Numbered from the stretch's first letter, positions 25,192 through 38,649 are shown. The stretch: 64,000 nucleotides of DNA from Nitrospirota bacterium (GCA_963721805.1 CAVRJY010000004.1:128001-192000), one strand, 5' to 3'. The notes: generated from the letters alone by a model not told the origin. Numbers and translations are program-made.

Positions 25192-26844
25192 CTAGAAGGG
25201 ATAGCGGTGGCACTCCACGCAGCCTATCTGCTGGCCCTTGGCGAAGGTCACTTTACTCCTACCCTTGACACGGAAGGTGCGCTGGCTGGACGCCTTCGAT
25301 AGCGCGGTGCCCGCGAAATTGACGCCATGGCAGCGGGCGCAGGCGGCCGCGTTCAGGGCATATTTCTTGTGATGGTCCACCATGGCCTGCCCTATTGTAT
25401 GCATGCCGTGAGGCCCGCTGCTTGCGGTCAGCGGGACCTTGCGATGGCATACCGAGCACTCCGCGAGCGTGCCGGCGTAGCCCTGAAGCGCGATGCTCTG
25501 GACGTTGTCGTTGGGCTCGGGCGTGGGCCATTCGGCGTGCGTAGAGCCGTGGCAGCCCTCGCACTGGACGCCCCCGTGCTCGTCGCGGACCTTATAGAGG
25601 CTGCCATCCGTCGTAAATACGCTTGGCTCATCCGTCACCACGCCTGGGGCCGCAAAGACCGTGGTGTTTCTTATATACGTGCCGTCCGCTGCGGTGTAAT
25701 GACATCCCTGGCACGTCGGCAGGTCAAGCCATCCCCGCCTGTCGGCCGAGCCTACGATCGACATCTTCCCGTGGCAGTCCTGGCACTGGATCAGCATGTT
25801 GCCTTCGGCGTCTTTGGCGTTGCCCATCACGCCTCTGAGGCACTGGGTCGTCGAGCCGGGGTGGCAATAATAGCATACGGAGCGGCTCGTCGTATCATCC
25901 ATGGGCATCCCGGTGTTGTCGTCCATGGCCTTCGTGGCATGCCATGAGTGCATCGAGGTAGTCAGCTGCTTGACCCCGGCGGCCCCCGGAGTGCCGAGGG
26001 CGTTTGAGGGGTGGCAACGTGCGCACAGCACCGGCATGCCGCCTGAAGCGGTATTGGACAGGCCGCTCAGGTCGTATCCCATCTGGTCGAGGGCGGCGTT
26101 ATAGATGTCATTGCCGATGTTCTTGTCGTCATGGATCAGGAGGATGTTCTCCTTCCAGTCCTTCTCTGGGTCGGGGTCGTTCACCCATCCGGCAAGGGGC
26201 TCTGCCATCGGGTCCCCGGTGTACGAGGCATGGCAGTGCACGCAGGTTATCTCGTCGCTGACAGGCAGCACGACGCTGGTCGACGCGAGCGTGCGACCAC
26301 TGCGGTCCTTGACGACGACCTTCACCATCGGGTAGTAATTCGCGTTGAGGTTGTCGTCATACGGGGTCAGCGGTATGCCCTCGGCCTTCCAGTAACCCAT
26401 CAGGGGGTCATAGCTCATCAAGGCCGGGGTCTTGCCCGGCGCACGGTTGCCCGTAAGCCCGGCGTTTTCGTCCGGCTGGACCCCGAAGAGGTCCAGCGCC
26501 CAGTCCCAGAAGTCCGTCTTCCCTATGCTCGTGGAGTTCATCGAGCCGTGCGTGTCCACGGCCGCCTTGTATGACACGGTGATCCCGGAGGTGACGAGCC
26601 TCCCGGTCTTCCGGTTTATAACCTGTGCGTGGAGGTTATTGTAAGGCGGCAGGATCGCGAAGACCGAGTAGCTATGGTCAATGCAGTGCATCCCAAGGTC
26701 GTTCCAGGCATATACGGCATACTTGTCGTTGCCCGACGCTACGCTGGATGCGAAACAAACGCCCGCAGTAACGCCACATGACAGCCACACCACAAGCAAA
26801 AATACCGGAAACCATTTCGAAAAAGCTAGCCTTGACCTCTCCAT
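25192..26844 (-). CDS. Secreted multiheme c-type cytochrome (9 CxxCH)
   Basis: Signal peptide and WNDLGMHC motif. Heme motifs CVHCH, CARCH, CYYCH, CQDCH, CQGCH, CEGCH, CSVCH, CARCH, CVECH. Confidence 0.9.
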   Translation of the reverse strand: MERSRLAFSKWFPVFLLVVWLSCGVTAGVCFASSVASGNDKYAVYAWNDLGMHCIDHSYSVFAILPPYNNLHAQVINRKTGRLVTSGITVSYKAAVDTHGSMNSTSIGKTDFWDWALDLFGVQPDENAGLTGNRAPGKTPALMSYDPLMGYWKAEGIPLTPYDDNLNANYYPMVKVVVKDRSGRTLASTSVVLPVSDEITCVHCHASYTGDPMAEPLAGWVNDPDPEKDWKENILLIHDDKNIGNDIYNAALDQMGYDLSGLSNTASGGMPVLCARCHPSNALGTPGAAGVKQLTTSMHSWHATKAMDDNTGMPMDDTTSRSVCYYCHPGSTTQCLRGVMGNAKDAEGNMLIQCQDCHGKMSIVGSADRRGWLDLPTCQGCHYTAADGTYIRNTTVFAAPGVVTDEPSVFTTDGSLYKVRDEHGGVQCEGCHGSTHAEWPTPEPNDNVQSIALQGYAGTLAECSVCHRKVPLTASSGPHGMHTIGQAMVDHHKKYALNAAACARCHGVNFAGTALSKASSQRTFRVKGRSKVTFAKGQQIGCVECHRYPF

Positions 26845-27068
26845 ATCCTTTGCCTCCTTCGAATAATCCTCCCTGAGAAAATTCTATCAGACAATGCGCC
26901 GATGTCAAATTGTAGCTTTAGGGCATTTGCCTTGGATAGCGAGATGCCGCGAGGGCCGGGGAGGACGGAGTACGGGCGGGCGGCCACCGGTGATTGACGC
27001 GTTCCGCATTTTGAAATACACTCTGGATTGAGATGGACCAATCCAGAGTGACATGCAAGGGGGGGCCG

Positions 27069-27614
27069 ATGAAGATTCCCGCCGGAAAGGGATTGCGCGC
27101 ACTGATTGTATCTATGTTGCTGTCGCTCATAACCGCATCGGCCTGCTACGCCGGGGGCGGCAACGAGGTCGGCGCGGGGATCGGGATGAACTTCGAAAGC
27201 CAGAACGTCAGGCAGGAGTTTATATACGTAGCTCACTGGTGGGACTCTGCAAAGTACGACTTCCTCAGCTACCGCCTCGAGGCGAGCGCGGACGTAATCG
27301 CCAACGGCAGCTCCATAGTAATCGGCACGCTCTTGCCGGCCGCGAGGTTCTACGTGCCGGCCGGCCCGGCCTGGCGGCCGTTCTTCGATATCGGGGCCGG
27401 GGTGAGCCTCAAGCACGGCAACCTCGTGGGCGGCAGGCACCTGTCCGGCCCTATCGCCTTCACCCTCATGGACGCCATAGGGGTCGAGTACAAGACCGCG
27501 TCAGGCCGCAGGCTCTCGCTCTCCACCCGGTTTAAGCACATCTCGAACTCAGGCCTCTACAGGCGCAACGAGGGCTTCAACGCCCAGTACATCGTATTGG
27601 CCGTGGGATTTTGA
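27069..27614 (+). CDS. PagL/acyloxyacyl hydrolase-family outer-membrane beta-barrel
   Basis: Signal peptide, FKHISNSGL..RNEG catalytic-type motif and terminal Phe. Confidence 0.8.
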   Translation: MKIPAGKGLRALIVSMLLSLITASACYAGGGNEVGAGIGMNFESQNVRQEFIYVAHWWDSAKYDFLSYRLEASADVIANGSSIVIGTLLPAARFYVPAGPAWRPFFDIGAGVSLKHGNLVGGRHLSGPIAFTLMDAIGVEYKTASGRRLSLSTRFKHISNSGLYRRNEGFNAQYIVLAVGF

Positions 27615-27635
27615 TTGGCCCGGGCCGAGGGGCTG

Positions 27636-30176
27636 ATGAGTGGGGGCCAGCAGGCCCCGCCGTTCTGGCAACAGGGCCTCGCCCCGCTCCTTGAGTCTCT
27701 CGGCGCGACCGCCTCCGGGCTCGCGGCCGATGAGGCGGCCTCTCGCCTCGCACGGTTCGGGCCCAACCTCCTGCACCCGCCCAAGAGGCGTATGCTGCTC
27801 CTGCAGTTCCTCTCGAAGTTCCTCAGCCCCCTTGTGCTCATACTCCTGGCCGCGAGCTTCGTACTGGCCCTCACGGGGGACATGGCGAGTTTCATCATAA
27901 TCTCCATGATAGTCCTGATGAGCGTGACGCTGGATTTCGTGCAGGAGCACCGCGCGGGACAGGCGGCCGAGCGCCTGCGCCAGTCGGTCGCGGTGCGCGT
28001 GCAGGCCCTGCGCGGCGGCAGGCCGCTCGATGTCCCGATAGCGGACCTGGTGCCGGGGGACATCGTGCTTCTGGCCGCCGGGGACCTGGTCCCAGGCGAC
28101 GCCCGCGTGCTCGAGGCGAAGGACTTCTTCGTAAACCAGGCGCTCCTGACCGGAGAGCCCTATCCCGTCGAGAAGGCGCCGGGTGAATCGCCCGCCGAGG
28201 CGGAGGTCCTGGCCTCGACGAACACGGTGCTCATGGGGACCTCGGTGATCAGCGGCTCGGCCCGCGTCCTGATCTGCCGCACCGGGGCCGACACCACACT
28301 CGGAGAGATCTCCGACACGCTCATAACCAAGCCCCCTCCCACCTCGTTCGAGACCGGCACGCGCCGCTTCGGGATGCTCATCATGCGCCTGACGATCATA
28401 ATGGTGCTCTTCGTCCTGCTGATGAACGCGGTCTTCCACAGGCCGTGGCTTCAATCGTTCCTGTTCGCTGTCGCGCTCGCCGTCGGCCTGACCCCCGAGC
28501 TCCTGCCGATGGTGATCTCGGTGACGCTCGCTCGCGGGGCGCAGCGCATGGCCGCCAAGAAGGTGATCGTCAAGCGTCTGCAGGCGATCCAGAACCTCGG
28601 GAGCATGGACGTCCTGTGCACGGACAAGACCGGCACGCTCACCGAGGCGCGGATCACCCTGGAGCGCCACGTCGACAGCTCCGGGCATGACAGCAAACGC
28701 GTGCTGCAGCTCGCTTACCTCAACAGCTTCTTCGAGACCGGCCTGAAGAGCCCGCTCGACAACGCGATACTCGAGCACGTCGAGGTCGATATAAAGGGCT
28801 GGAACAAGATCGACGAATGCCCGTTCGATTTCGAGCGCAGGCGGGTCTCGGTGCTCGCCGACGACGGCCGGACGCGGCTGCTCGTGGTCAAGGGCGCGCC
28901 CGAGGATATCCTCAGGCTCTCGACCCAATATGAGGGGACGAGTGAGACCGACCTTCATCCCATGGACACTACCGCGATGGCCGCGGTCCACTCACTGTTT
29001 GAGTCCCTCGGCCGCGAGGGTTTTCGCGTGCTTGGCGTGGCATGGCGGGCCGTCGGGGCTGACCATCCCCATGCGGTCGTAAGCGACGAGACCGAACTCG
29101 TATTCGCCGGGTTCGCGGCCTTCCTCGACCCGCCCAAGGCGAGCGCCGGGCAGGCCCTTGCGAACCTCGCCGCAAGCGGCGTAGCGCTCAAGATCGTCAC
29201 GGGCGATAACGAGCTCGTGACCGAGCACGTCTGCCGCCAGCTCGGGCTGCCGATCACCGGGGTGCTCACCGGCGATGAGATCCACCTGATGGACGAGCAG
29301 GCGCTTGCCGTGAGGGTTGAGGGCGCAAACCTCTTCTGCCGCGTAAACCCGGCCCAGAAAAACAGGATCATCCTGGCGCTCAAAAAGCGGGGCCACGCGG
29401 TCGGATACCTGGGCGACGGGATCAACGACGCCCCCTCGCTGCACTCGGCGGACATCGGCATCTCGGTCGACAGCGCCGTGGACGTCGCAAAGGGGGCGGC
29501 CGAGATGATACTGCTCGAACACGACCTGGGCGTCCTTTACGACGGCGTGCTCGAGGGCCGCCGCACCTTCGGCAACGTCATGAAGTACATCATGATGGGC
29601 ACGAGCTCGAATTTCGGCAACATGTTCAGCATGGCCGGGGGGTTTCTCTTCCTGCCGTTCATCCCGATGCTCCCGGCGCAGATACTGCTCAACAACATGC
29701 TCTATGACCTCTCGGAGGTCCCGATCCCCTTAGACAACGTCGACGAGGAATACCTGAGCCGCCCGAGGCAGTGGGACATAGACTTCGTCCGGAGGTTCAT
29801 GCTCGCGGTCGGGCCGGTCAGCTCCATATTCGATTTCCTGACCTTCTACGTCATGCTGAGGCTCTTTAACGCCAATGAGGCGCTCTTCCATACCGGTTGG
29901 TTCGTGGAATCCCTGGCCACGCAGGTGCTCGTGATATTCATTATCCGCACCCACAGAAACCCTCTAAGGAGCAGCCCGAACCCCTGGCTGACAGGCGTCT
30001 CCCTCGCGGTCGTGGCCATAGCCATCGCCCTGCCCTTCAGCCCGCTGGCCGGGTACCTCGGGTTCGAGCCGCTCCCTCCGCTGTTCTTCCTCGTGCTGGG
30101 CGGCATGGTGGCGTTTTACCTGCTGATCGTGGAGCAGGTGAAGCAGGCGTTCTTCCGCCATTTCGCGATGAGGTGA
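27636..30176 (+). CDS. mgtA: Mg2+-transporting P-type ATPase
   Basis: AVGLTPELLP, DKTGTLT, PFDFERRR, GDGINDAP and SSNFGNMFS. Confidence 0.93.
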   Translation: MSGGQQAPPFWQQGLAPLLESLGATASGLAADEAASRLARFGPNLLHPPKRRMLLLQFLSKFLSPLVLILLAASFVLALTGDMASFIIISMIVLMSVTLDFVQEHRAGQAAERLRQSVAVRVQALRGGRPLDVPIADLVPGDIVLLAAGDLVPGDARVLEAKDFFVNQALLTGEPYPVEKAPGESPAEAEVLASTNTVLMGTSVISGSARVLICRTGADTTLGEISDTLITKPPPTSFETGTRRFGMLIMRLTIIMVLFVLLMNAVFHRPWLQSFLFAVALAVGLTPELLPMVISVTLARGAQRMAAKKVIVKRLQAIQNLGSMDVLCTDKTGTLTEARITLERHVDSSGHDSKRVLQLAYLNSFFETGLKSPLDNAILEHVEVDIKGWNKIDECPFDFERRRVSVLADDGRTRLLVVKGAPEDILRLSTQYEGTSETDLHPMDTTAMAAVHSLFESLGREGFRVLGVAWRAVGADHPHAVVSDETELVFAGFAAFLDPPKASAGQALANLAASGVALKIVTGDNELVTEHVCRQLGLPITGVLTGDEIHLMDEQALAVRVEGANLFCRVNPAQKNRIILALKKRGHAVGYLGDGINDAPSLHSADIGISVDSAVDVAKGAAEMILLEHDLGVLYDGVLEGRRTFGNVMKYIMMGTSSNFGNMFSMAGGFLFLPFIPMLPAQILLNNMLYDLSEVPIPLDNVDEEYLSRPRQWDIDFVRRFMLAVGPVSSIFDFLTFYVMLRLFNANEALFHTGWFVESLATQVLVIFIIRTHRNPLRSSPNPWLTGVSLAVVAIAIALPFSPLAGYLGFEPLPPLFFLVLGGMVAFYLLIVEQVKQAFFRHFAMR

Positions 30177-30289
30177 AACAGCGCCGCTTATGCGACACTT
30201 ACGATTTCAGGGTGAGAAGGGGGCAGTCGCCCACAGTTGCACCTAGCGCATCTGGGTGGATCGCGATATACTTAGATCAAGAGGACCCC

Positions 30290-31568
30290 ATGCTAAAGCA
30301 ACTCACGACAAATTTCGGCAATACACTGCTGGCTCTCTCGGATTCCATCGAGCTGGCGAGCCCCGAGATCGCGACGCATCAGCTGAGGGTAGCGTACGTC
30401 GCGTGGCAGATCGCCGAGGCCGCCGAATTGCCCAAAAAGAGGGTCGAGGACCTGTTCATCGGCGGGCTGTTCCACGACATCGGGGCCCTGACGCTCGAAG
30501 ACAAGATCCTGATACACCGCTCCGAGATGCAGGACGTCGCACAGCACTGCCTGCTCGGGGAATCGCTCTTTGAGCTCTACCCGTCGCTCTTCGGACAGGC
30601 CAAGGACTCCGTCAGGTTCCACCATACGGCGTGGTCGGCATGGAAGGTGCCGATAGACCGGCCCCTGGCCTTCGACTCCCAGATACTGCACCTGGCGGAC
30701 TTCCTCGAGCGGCAGATAGACCGGGAGGTGTATATCCTCGAGCAGACCGAGGCGCTCGACAGCGAGGTGCTGAGCTGCTCCGGGGATGAGTTGCACCCGG
30801 ACGTCATCGCGCTTTATATGGGGCTCTCCAGGCGAGAGAGCTTCTGGCTGGACCTGGTATCGCCCAGGCTCTACAACATCCTGCTTAGCCAGGGCCCGCT
30901 CAGGGGCATCGAGATAACTACCGCCGACCTGCTCTCGATCGCGCAGATGGTCAGCCACATCATCGACTTCAAAAGCAGGTTCACGGCCACCCACACGGCA
31001 GGAGTGGCCGAGTGCGCAACGATCCTCGCGCAGACATACGGGATTCCCGAAGACGACATCATGCGTATAAGGATAGCCGCGTTCTTTCACGACCTCGGCA
31101 AGCTCTCGGTCCCGAACGCAATTCTGGAGAAGCCCGCGAGGCTCACCAAGGCCGAGTTCGCTGTCATGCGGCAGCACACTTACCACACGCATGCGACGCT
31201 GAGCGCGATAGGCGGGCTGGAGCGGATACCGGAATGGGCCGCGTTTCACCACGAGAGGCTCGACGGCTCGGGCTACCCCTTTCATGTCACGGGCAACAGG
31301 ATCAGCATCGAGGCGAGGATACTCGCGATCTCGGACATCTTCACCGCGCTCTCGGAGAACAGGCCCTACCGCCCCGGCATGGCATGGAAGGAGATCGAGG
31401 AGCTGCTGTAACGAACACTGCTCAAAGAGCACCATCGACAAGGGCATAGCAAAGCTCATCGTCGACGACCACGTCGCGATCCGCGCCAGGGTGATGGACG
31501 CGCAGGACAGGTCCGAGGCCCTGTTCATGGAGAAGTTCTCGAGGGCCGACCGCGGCGGCATACTGTAA
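30290..31568 (+). CDS. Double HD-domain / HD-GYP phosphodiesterase (1-nt insertion near 31409)
   Basis: Two HD domains, HHERLDGSGYP and RPYR. The C-terminus continues in the 31284..31568 frame. Confidence 0.85.
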
Positions 31569-31670
31569 TTTTCGGCGTGCGCCTCCAATCCGTGTCGGAT
31601 TGTGATAATATCCATATGTTGCGCCGCGCGCGGCAGCACCGATCACTCACACCTCAGGAGGCTTCGCAAT

Positions 31671-33034
31671 TTGATCGAACCCAAGATATTCCGCCAGTAC
31701 GACATCCGGGGCGTATGGGGCAAGGACTTCACGGTCGAGGCCGTGCGCGCCATCGCGGCCGCTTATCGCCGTGCACCTCAAAGACGCGATCAAGAAGGAC
31801 GCGCTTACGGTCACGATAGGCCGCGACGCGCGCCTGAGCTCCCCCGAGATCGACGACGCGCTCACGGACGTCCTGACCCACAGCGGCATAAACGTCATCA
31901 ACATCGGCATGTGCCCCACGCCGTTGCAGTACTTCTCGCTCTACCACCTGGAGGCCGACGGCGGCATCATGATCACCGGGAGCCACAACCCGCCGCAGTA
32001 CAACGGCCTGAAGCTCAGCGTCGGGCGCGAGACGCTCTACGGCGACAAGATACAGGACATCCTCCGCCTGATCCAGAGCGGCCGCAAGATCGGCCGGCTC
32101 GGGCACCTCGCGCCCCTATGACATCATCACCGACTACATAGCGTTCCAGGTAGATCAGTTCAAGCAGGGTTTCAAGGGCCTCAAGGTCGTGATCGACGCC
32201 GGAAACGGCGTGGGCGGGATGGTCGGCGGCCCGATATTGAAGGCCCTCGGGGCCGAGGTCACGGAGCTTTTCTGCGAGCCCGACGGCAGGTTCCCCAACC
32301 ACCACCCCGACCCGGTCGTGGCCGAGAACCTTCGCTTCCTGATACCGAAGGTCAAGGAGACCGGCGCGCACGTGGGGATCGGGTATGACGGCGACGCTGA
32401 CCGCATCGGCGTCGTCGACGAGGACGGGGGCGTGATCTGGGGCGACAGCCTGATGATCATCTTCAGCCGCGACATTCTTAAAACCAACCCCGGCGCGAAG
32501 GTGATCGGCGAGGTCAAGTGCTCGCAGAACCTCTATGACGACGTCGCGTTGCACGGAGGCGAGCCGATCATGTGGATGACCGGCCACTCGCTGATCAAAA
32601 AGAAGATGAAGGACTCAGGCGCCCTGCTGGCCGGAGAGATGAGCGGACATATATTCTTCGCGGACCGCTACTTCGGGTATGACGACGCCATATACGCGAG
32701 CCTGCGGCTCCTGGAGATCATGCGCAATGAAGGTCAGCCCTACTCCGTAAAGAAGCTCCTGGCCGACGTGCCGAAGCTCTACAGCACGCCCGAGATCCGG
32801 TTCGATACGCCCGACGAGAAGAAGTTCCAGATCGTCGAGCGCGTGAAGGCCGCCTTTAAAGGCTACGACGTGATCGAGATCGACGGCGTGCGCGTGAAGT
32901 TCCCTGACGGCTGGGGCCTGATCCGCGCCTCGAACACCCAGCCGGCGCTCGTGATGAGGTTCGAGGCCACGAGCCCGGAAGCCCTCGCGCGCATCCGCGC
33001 GTTCGTCGAGGGGGAGCTTAACAAGCTCCTATAG
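31671..33034 (+). CDS. Phosphomannomutase/phosphoglucomutase (two frameshifts near 31765 and 32100)
   Basis: IFRQYDIRG, ITGSHNP, DGDADR, GEMSGH and RASNTQP spread over three consecutive frames. Confidence 0.9.
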
Positions 33035-33063
33035 GAAAGCGCGCGAAACATGGAGGCAAATAC

Positions 33064-33477
33064 ATGAAGACGAAGGCTCTGCTATTGACGGTGCTGGCGT
33101 TGCTTTTTGCCGCGAGCGCGGCGTTCGCGGCCGATTCGTTCATGGTCATGAAGGACCCGAAGGGAGGCTCCTACCTGGCCGACTCACAGGGCCTGCCGCT
33201 TTATTCCCTGAACAACGACCTGCCGGGCATGAGCATATGCGCCGGTGAATGCGCGGCGAACTGGCCCCCCTTCTATGCGCCCAAGCCGGTCATCCCCAAG
33301 GGGCTCGACCCGAAGGACTTCGACTCGATCTTCCGCGATGACAACACCCTGCAGTCCACCTTCAGGGGCATGCCCCTGTATCACTACTCGGGCGACAAGA
33401 AAAAGGGCGACCTCAACGGCAGGGCGTTTCGGAAAAACTGGTCGACGATCGATCCTGCGACCTTCAGGAACAAGTAG
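33064..33477 (+). CDS. COG4315 / Lipoprotein_15-repeat secreted protein
   Basis: Signal peptide, LADSQG.PLY...C.GECAANWPPF and G.PLY.Y.GD.K.GD.NG. Confidence 0.85.
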   Translation: MKTKALLLTVLALLFAASAAFAADSFMVMKDPKGGSYLADSQGLPLYSLNNDLPGMSICAGECAANWPPFYAPKPVIPKGLDPKDFDSIFRDDNTLQSTFRGMPLYHYSGDKKKGDLNGRAFRKNWSTIDPATFRNK

Positions 33478-33648
33478 GGGCAGCGGGCCATCGGCCCCTC
33501 GATCCGTGACCTGCAAGTGAGCGATGCCGCCCGGCACCGCGAATATGAAAAGGTGCCCGTGGCACCCCGGCTTAACATCCCCCGCGATCTGTGATAGGAT
33601 TTTTTTAGGCGCCTGCGTGCGCACACATCCAAAGGAGGTTTTTCAGAT

Positions 33649-34065
33649 ATGAGGATGAGGGTTCTGCTGGTGGCAGCTCTGGGATTGATGTTCGCCGCAA
33701 GCGCGGCGTTCGCGGCCGATTCCGTGACGGTCATGAAGGACATGAACGGGGCTTCTTACCTCGCCGACTCAAAGGGCATGGCGCTCTACACGTTTAAGAA
33801 CGACAAGCCGGGCACGAGCACGTGCACCGGCGGCTGCGCTGCGAACTGGCCGGCCTTCTACGCCGGGAAAGCCATGCTCCCCAAGGGGCTCGACGCCAAG
33901 GACTTCGGCTCGATCAAGCGCGAGGACGGCAAGATGCAGACCACGTTTCGTGGGATGCCGCTCTATTACTTCGTGGGTGACAAGAAAAAGGGCCAGCTTG
34001 ACGGACGCGGGGTAATGGACCTCTGGTTCACGGCCGATCCCACCAAGGGCGAGAAGGCGTGGTAG
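33649..34065 (+). CDS. COG4315 secreted protein, tandem paralog
   Basis: Clearly homologous to 33064..33477 (FAASAAFAADS, CAANWP, PKGLD.KDF, TFRGMPLY). Confidence 0.85.
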   Translation: MRMRVLLVAALGLMFAASAAFAADSVTVMKDMNGASYLADSKGMALYTFKNDKPGTSTCTGGCAANWPAFYAGKAMLPKGLDAKDFGSIKREDGKMQTTFRGMPLYYFVGDKKKGQLDGRGVMDLWFTADPTKGEKAW

Positions 34066-34257
34066 GGAGCAGCGCCCCCGCGCTCCTATTCGAGGGGTCA
34101 TGGACCCCTCTCACTATTCGCGCAATAGCGCTCATCTTTAAATCAATGCCCTTGCCATTGTGAATTATAAAGGGGGCCATCCGGCCCCCCTTATTTGTGT
34201 GTTTTTGTGAGAGGCGTCATGTGCGCCTCGAATATTGAAGGGGGCCAGTCGGCCCCC

Positions 34258-34533
34258 CTATTTTTTTACCGCGTCCTTGAGTTCCTTGCCTGCCGTGAAC
34301 TTCGGGGCCTTGCGTGCGGCGATCTTGATGGCCTCGCCGGTCTTGGGATTGCGGCCTTTGCGGGCCTTCCTCTTCGTGACCGAGAACGTCCCGAACCCGA
34401 CGAGCGTGACCTTCTGGCCCTTCTTCAGAGACGCCTTCACCGCATCGACGACGGTGTCTATAACCGCGTTTGCGTCCTTGGCCGAAAGCCCCGCCCCGTC
34501 GGCCACCTTCTCGACAAGCTCTTTTTTGTTCAT
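34258..34533 (-). CDS. hup: DNA-binding protein HU
   Basis: MNKKELV...LVGFGTF...RKGRNPKTGE...PKFTAGKELKDAV. Confidence 0.96.
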   Translation of the reverse strand: MNKKELVEKVADGAGLSAKDANAVIDTVVDAVKASLKKGQKVTLVGFGTFSVTKRKARKGRNPKTGEAIKIAARKAPKFTAGKELKDAVKK

Positions 34534-34628
34534 CCAAATCCCTCCCTCAGCGTTTTTATTTTATGCGCCTGCAAATTTTCCGTCTTATGCCGCCGCTAAT
34601 CCGAGCAATGCGGGAATTAGCGGCGAGC

Positions 34629-35180
34629 CTATTTTATGCGCCTTGAGATCGCCTTGAACTCCTCGGTCCCGGCGCGCCTCAAAAGCTGGAACAACGCGGC
34701 CTCTGTGGATGTTACCACCGCACCCGCATCGCGCGCAACCCCCAGGGCCGTCAGGTGGTCGTCTTTTTTCCTCGAACAGACCGCGTCGGCCACGACGTGC
34801 ACCGCGTAGCCGTCCTTCAAAAGCCCGACCACGCTCTGCAGCACGCAGACGTGCGTCTCCATCCCGGCCACGATAATGATCCGCCTGTCGAGCCCTGCTA
34901 TCAGGTCGTTGAACCCCGGCTCGTCGCAGCAGCCGAAGTGGACCTTCTCAAACGGCTTGTATTCAGGCAGCGCGGACTTTATCCCCTCTATTGTGGGGCC
35001 CAGCCCCTTTGGGTACTGCTCGGTCACGACGACCGGCAGGCCGAGGAGCCTGGCCGCCTCGATCAGGTGCAGCGTGTTTTCCACCACGCGCTCGCGCTTG
35101 GACATCACGGCAGCGAGCCGCTCCTGTATGTCCACGACGAGCAGCGCCGCGTCAGCCCTCTCGAGCAGGAATGCCCTCAC
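34629..35180 (-). CDS. Isochorismatase-family hydrolase (YcaC-like)
   Basis: VVDIQERL, TEQYPKGLGPT and GMETHVCVLQ. Confidence 0.9.
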   Translation of the reverse strand: MRAFLLERADAALLVVDIQERLAAVMSKRERVVENTLHLIEAARLLGLPVVVTEQYPKGLGPTIEGIKSALPEYKPFEKVHFGCCDEPGFNDLIAGLDRRIIIVAGMETHVCVLQSVVGLLKDGYAVHVVADAVCSRKKDDHLTALGVARDAGAVVTSTEAALFQLLRRAGTEEFKAISRRIK

Positions 35181-35276
35181 GACTAACTTATCCCCGCCGA
35201 GCGGCGCGTTGCCGCTAAGACGCTGCGCATGACTGCCCGGCGCAAATACGAGCGCAGCGGGAATTTGCGCCGCATC

Positions 35277-37250
<1,974 letters not shown>

Positions 37251-37304
37251 CGCGCCTAGCCTCCTTCATGTATATATGATTGCTTAATTAGCCGGGTTAG
37301 GGCG

Positions 37305-37468
37305 TGCAAGTAAGGTGCCAGTCAACTCCAATCCATGCCCCTCAGGCCCTGCGTGGCGCGGTTAAGCCACGCGCGGCCCAACAGCATACCCCATACAATA
37401 CCCGCATACAGTTTAGATGTTACAAAAAGTTACCGCAATGCGCAAGCTATTTCTAACATAATGTAACA
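37305..37468 (-). promoter_or_regulatory. Sigma54 promoter of acs with candidate upstream activator sites
   Basis: The minus strand reads CTGGCACCTTACTTGCA (37321-37305), matching the -24/-12 consensus. TGTTACA...TGTAACA boxes at 37418-37468. Confidence 0.75.
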
Positions 37469-37589
37469 GTGGGCAGCGCCCCCGTTCCTATTCGCGGGGT
37501 CATAGACCCCCTCACCTATTCGCTTCGCTCACATATTCACGGGGTGCCACGGACAGTCCTAATAAATACTGTTGGCCTTGTGAAGCGGG

Positions 37590-37626
37590 GTGCCCTGACG
37601 CCGCATCGAGCGATTTGGAGCGCTTT
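37590..37626 (+). repeat. 3' fragment of the palindromic element
   Basis: GCATCGAGCGATTTGGAGCGCTTT with no matching 5' arm. Confidence 0.7.
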
Positions 37627-37677
37627 CAAACAGCCCACTTAATTGAAATCTCTGCGCCAACTTTGGTATTTTATCCC

Positions 37678-38562
37678 ATGCCAGCGAAAACCAGGGTATT
37701 GAAATTCGGTCTCCCGAAGGGGAGCTTGCAGGAAGCCACGCTCAAGCTGTTTCGGAAGGCCGGCTACCAGATTGCGGTCTCGAGCCGCTCTTACTACCCC
37801 ACGTGGGACGACCCGGAGATCACCTCGATGCTCATCCGCGCGCAAGAGATGGCCGGGTACGTCGAAAACGGGATCATCGACTGCGGCCTGACCGGCCGCG
37901 ACTGGATACTGGAGCAGGGCGCGGAAGTACACGAGGTCGCGGAGCTGATATACGGCAAGGAGGGCCGCCGTCCGGTCCGCTGGGTGCTCGCGGTGCCGAA
38001 CGACTCGAAGATCAAGTCGGTCAAAGACCTGCAAGGCAAGCGCATCGCGACCGAGCTCGTCGGCTATACGAAGCGCTACCTCAAGGAGCACGGCGTGAAG
38101 GCGCAGGTCGATTTCTCCTGGGGCGCGACCGAGGTCAAGCCCCCCATGCTCTGCGACGCTATCGTCGAGCTGACCGAGACCGGAAACTCGCTGCGCGCCA
38201 ACAACCTGCGCATCGTCGAGACGCTGTTTGAGTCCACGACGCGCTTTATCGTGAACAAGCAGGCCTGGAAGGACAAGTGGAAGCGCCAGAAGATCGAGAA
38301 CCTCGTGATGCTGCTTCAGGGCGCGCTCGCGGCCGAGGACAAGGTCGGCCTGAAGATGAACGTCCCCAAGAAGACCCTAAAACACGTGCTCGGCATACTG
38401 CCTTCGCTGCACTCACCCACGATCTCGCCGCTTACGGACGAGGGCTGGGTGGACCTCGACGTCATATTGGACGAGCGCACGGTGCGCGACATGATCCCGC
38501 TGCTGAAGAAGGCCGGGGCCACGGGCATCGTCGAGTACCCGCTCAATAAAGTCATACCCTAG
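37678..38562 (+). CDS. hisG: ATP phosphoribosyltransferase (long form)
   Basis: [37 protein letters not shown] and the C-terminal regulatory domain. Confidence 0.95.
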   Translation: MPAKTRVLKFGLPKGSLQEATLKLFRKAGYQIAVSSRSYYPTWDDPEITSMLIRAQEMAGYVENGIIDCGLTGRDWILEQGAEVHEVAELIYGKEGRRPVRWVLAVPNDSKIKSVKDLQGKRIATELVGYTKRYLKEHGVKAQVDFSWGATEVKPPMLCDAIVELTETGNSLRANNLRIVETLFESTTRFIVNKQAWKDKWKRQKIENLVMLLQGALAAEDKVGLKMNVPKKTLKHVLGILPSLHSPTISPLTDEGWVDLDVILDERTVRDMIPLLKKAGATGIVEYPLNKVIP

Positions 38563-38649
38563 CCCCCAAAAGCCACTAGACGGCTCCCCTGAGGTGTGAT
38601 AGGATTTTCTTCAGATGCCCTTGATTGGGCCTGAAAGGAGATTCAAATC

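Noticed and set aside
30180..30290. Riboswitch upstream of the HD-GYP gene
   Set aside because: Only a short hairpin (CACCTAG/CTGGGTG); no recognisable cyclic-dinucleotide or other aptamer consensus.
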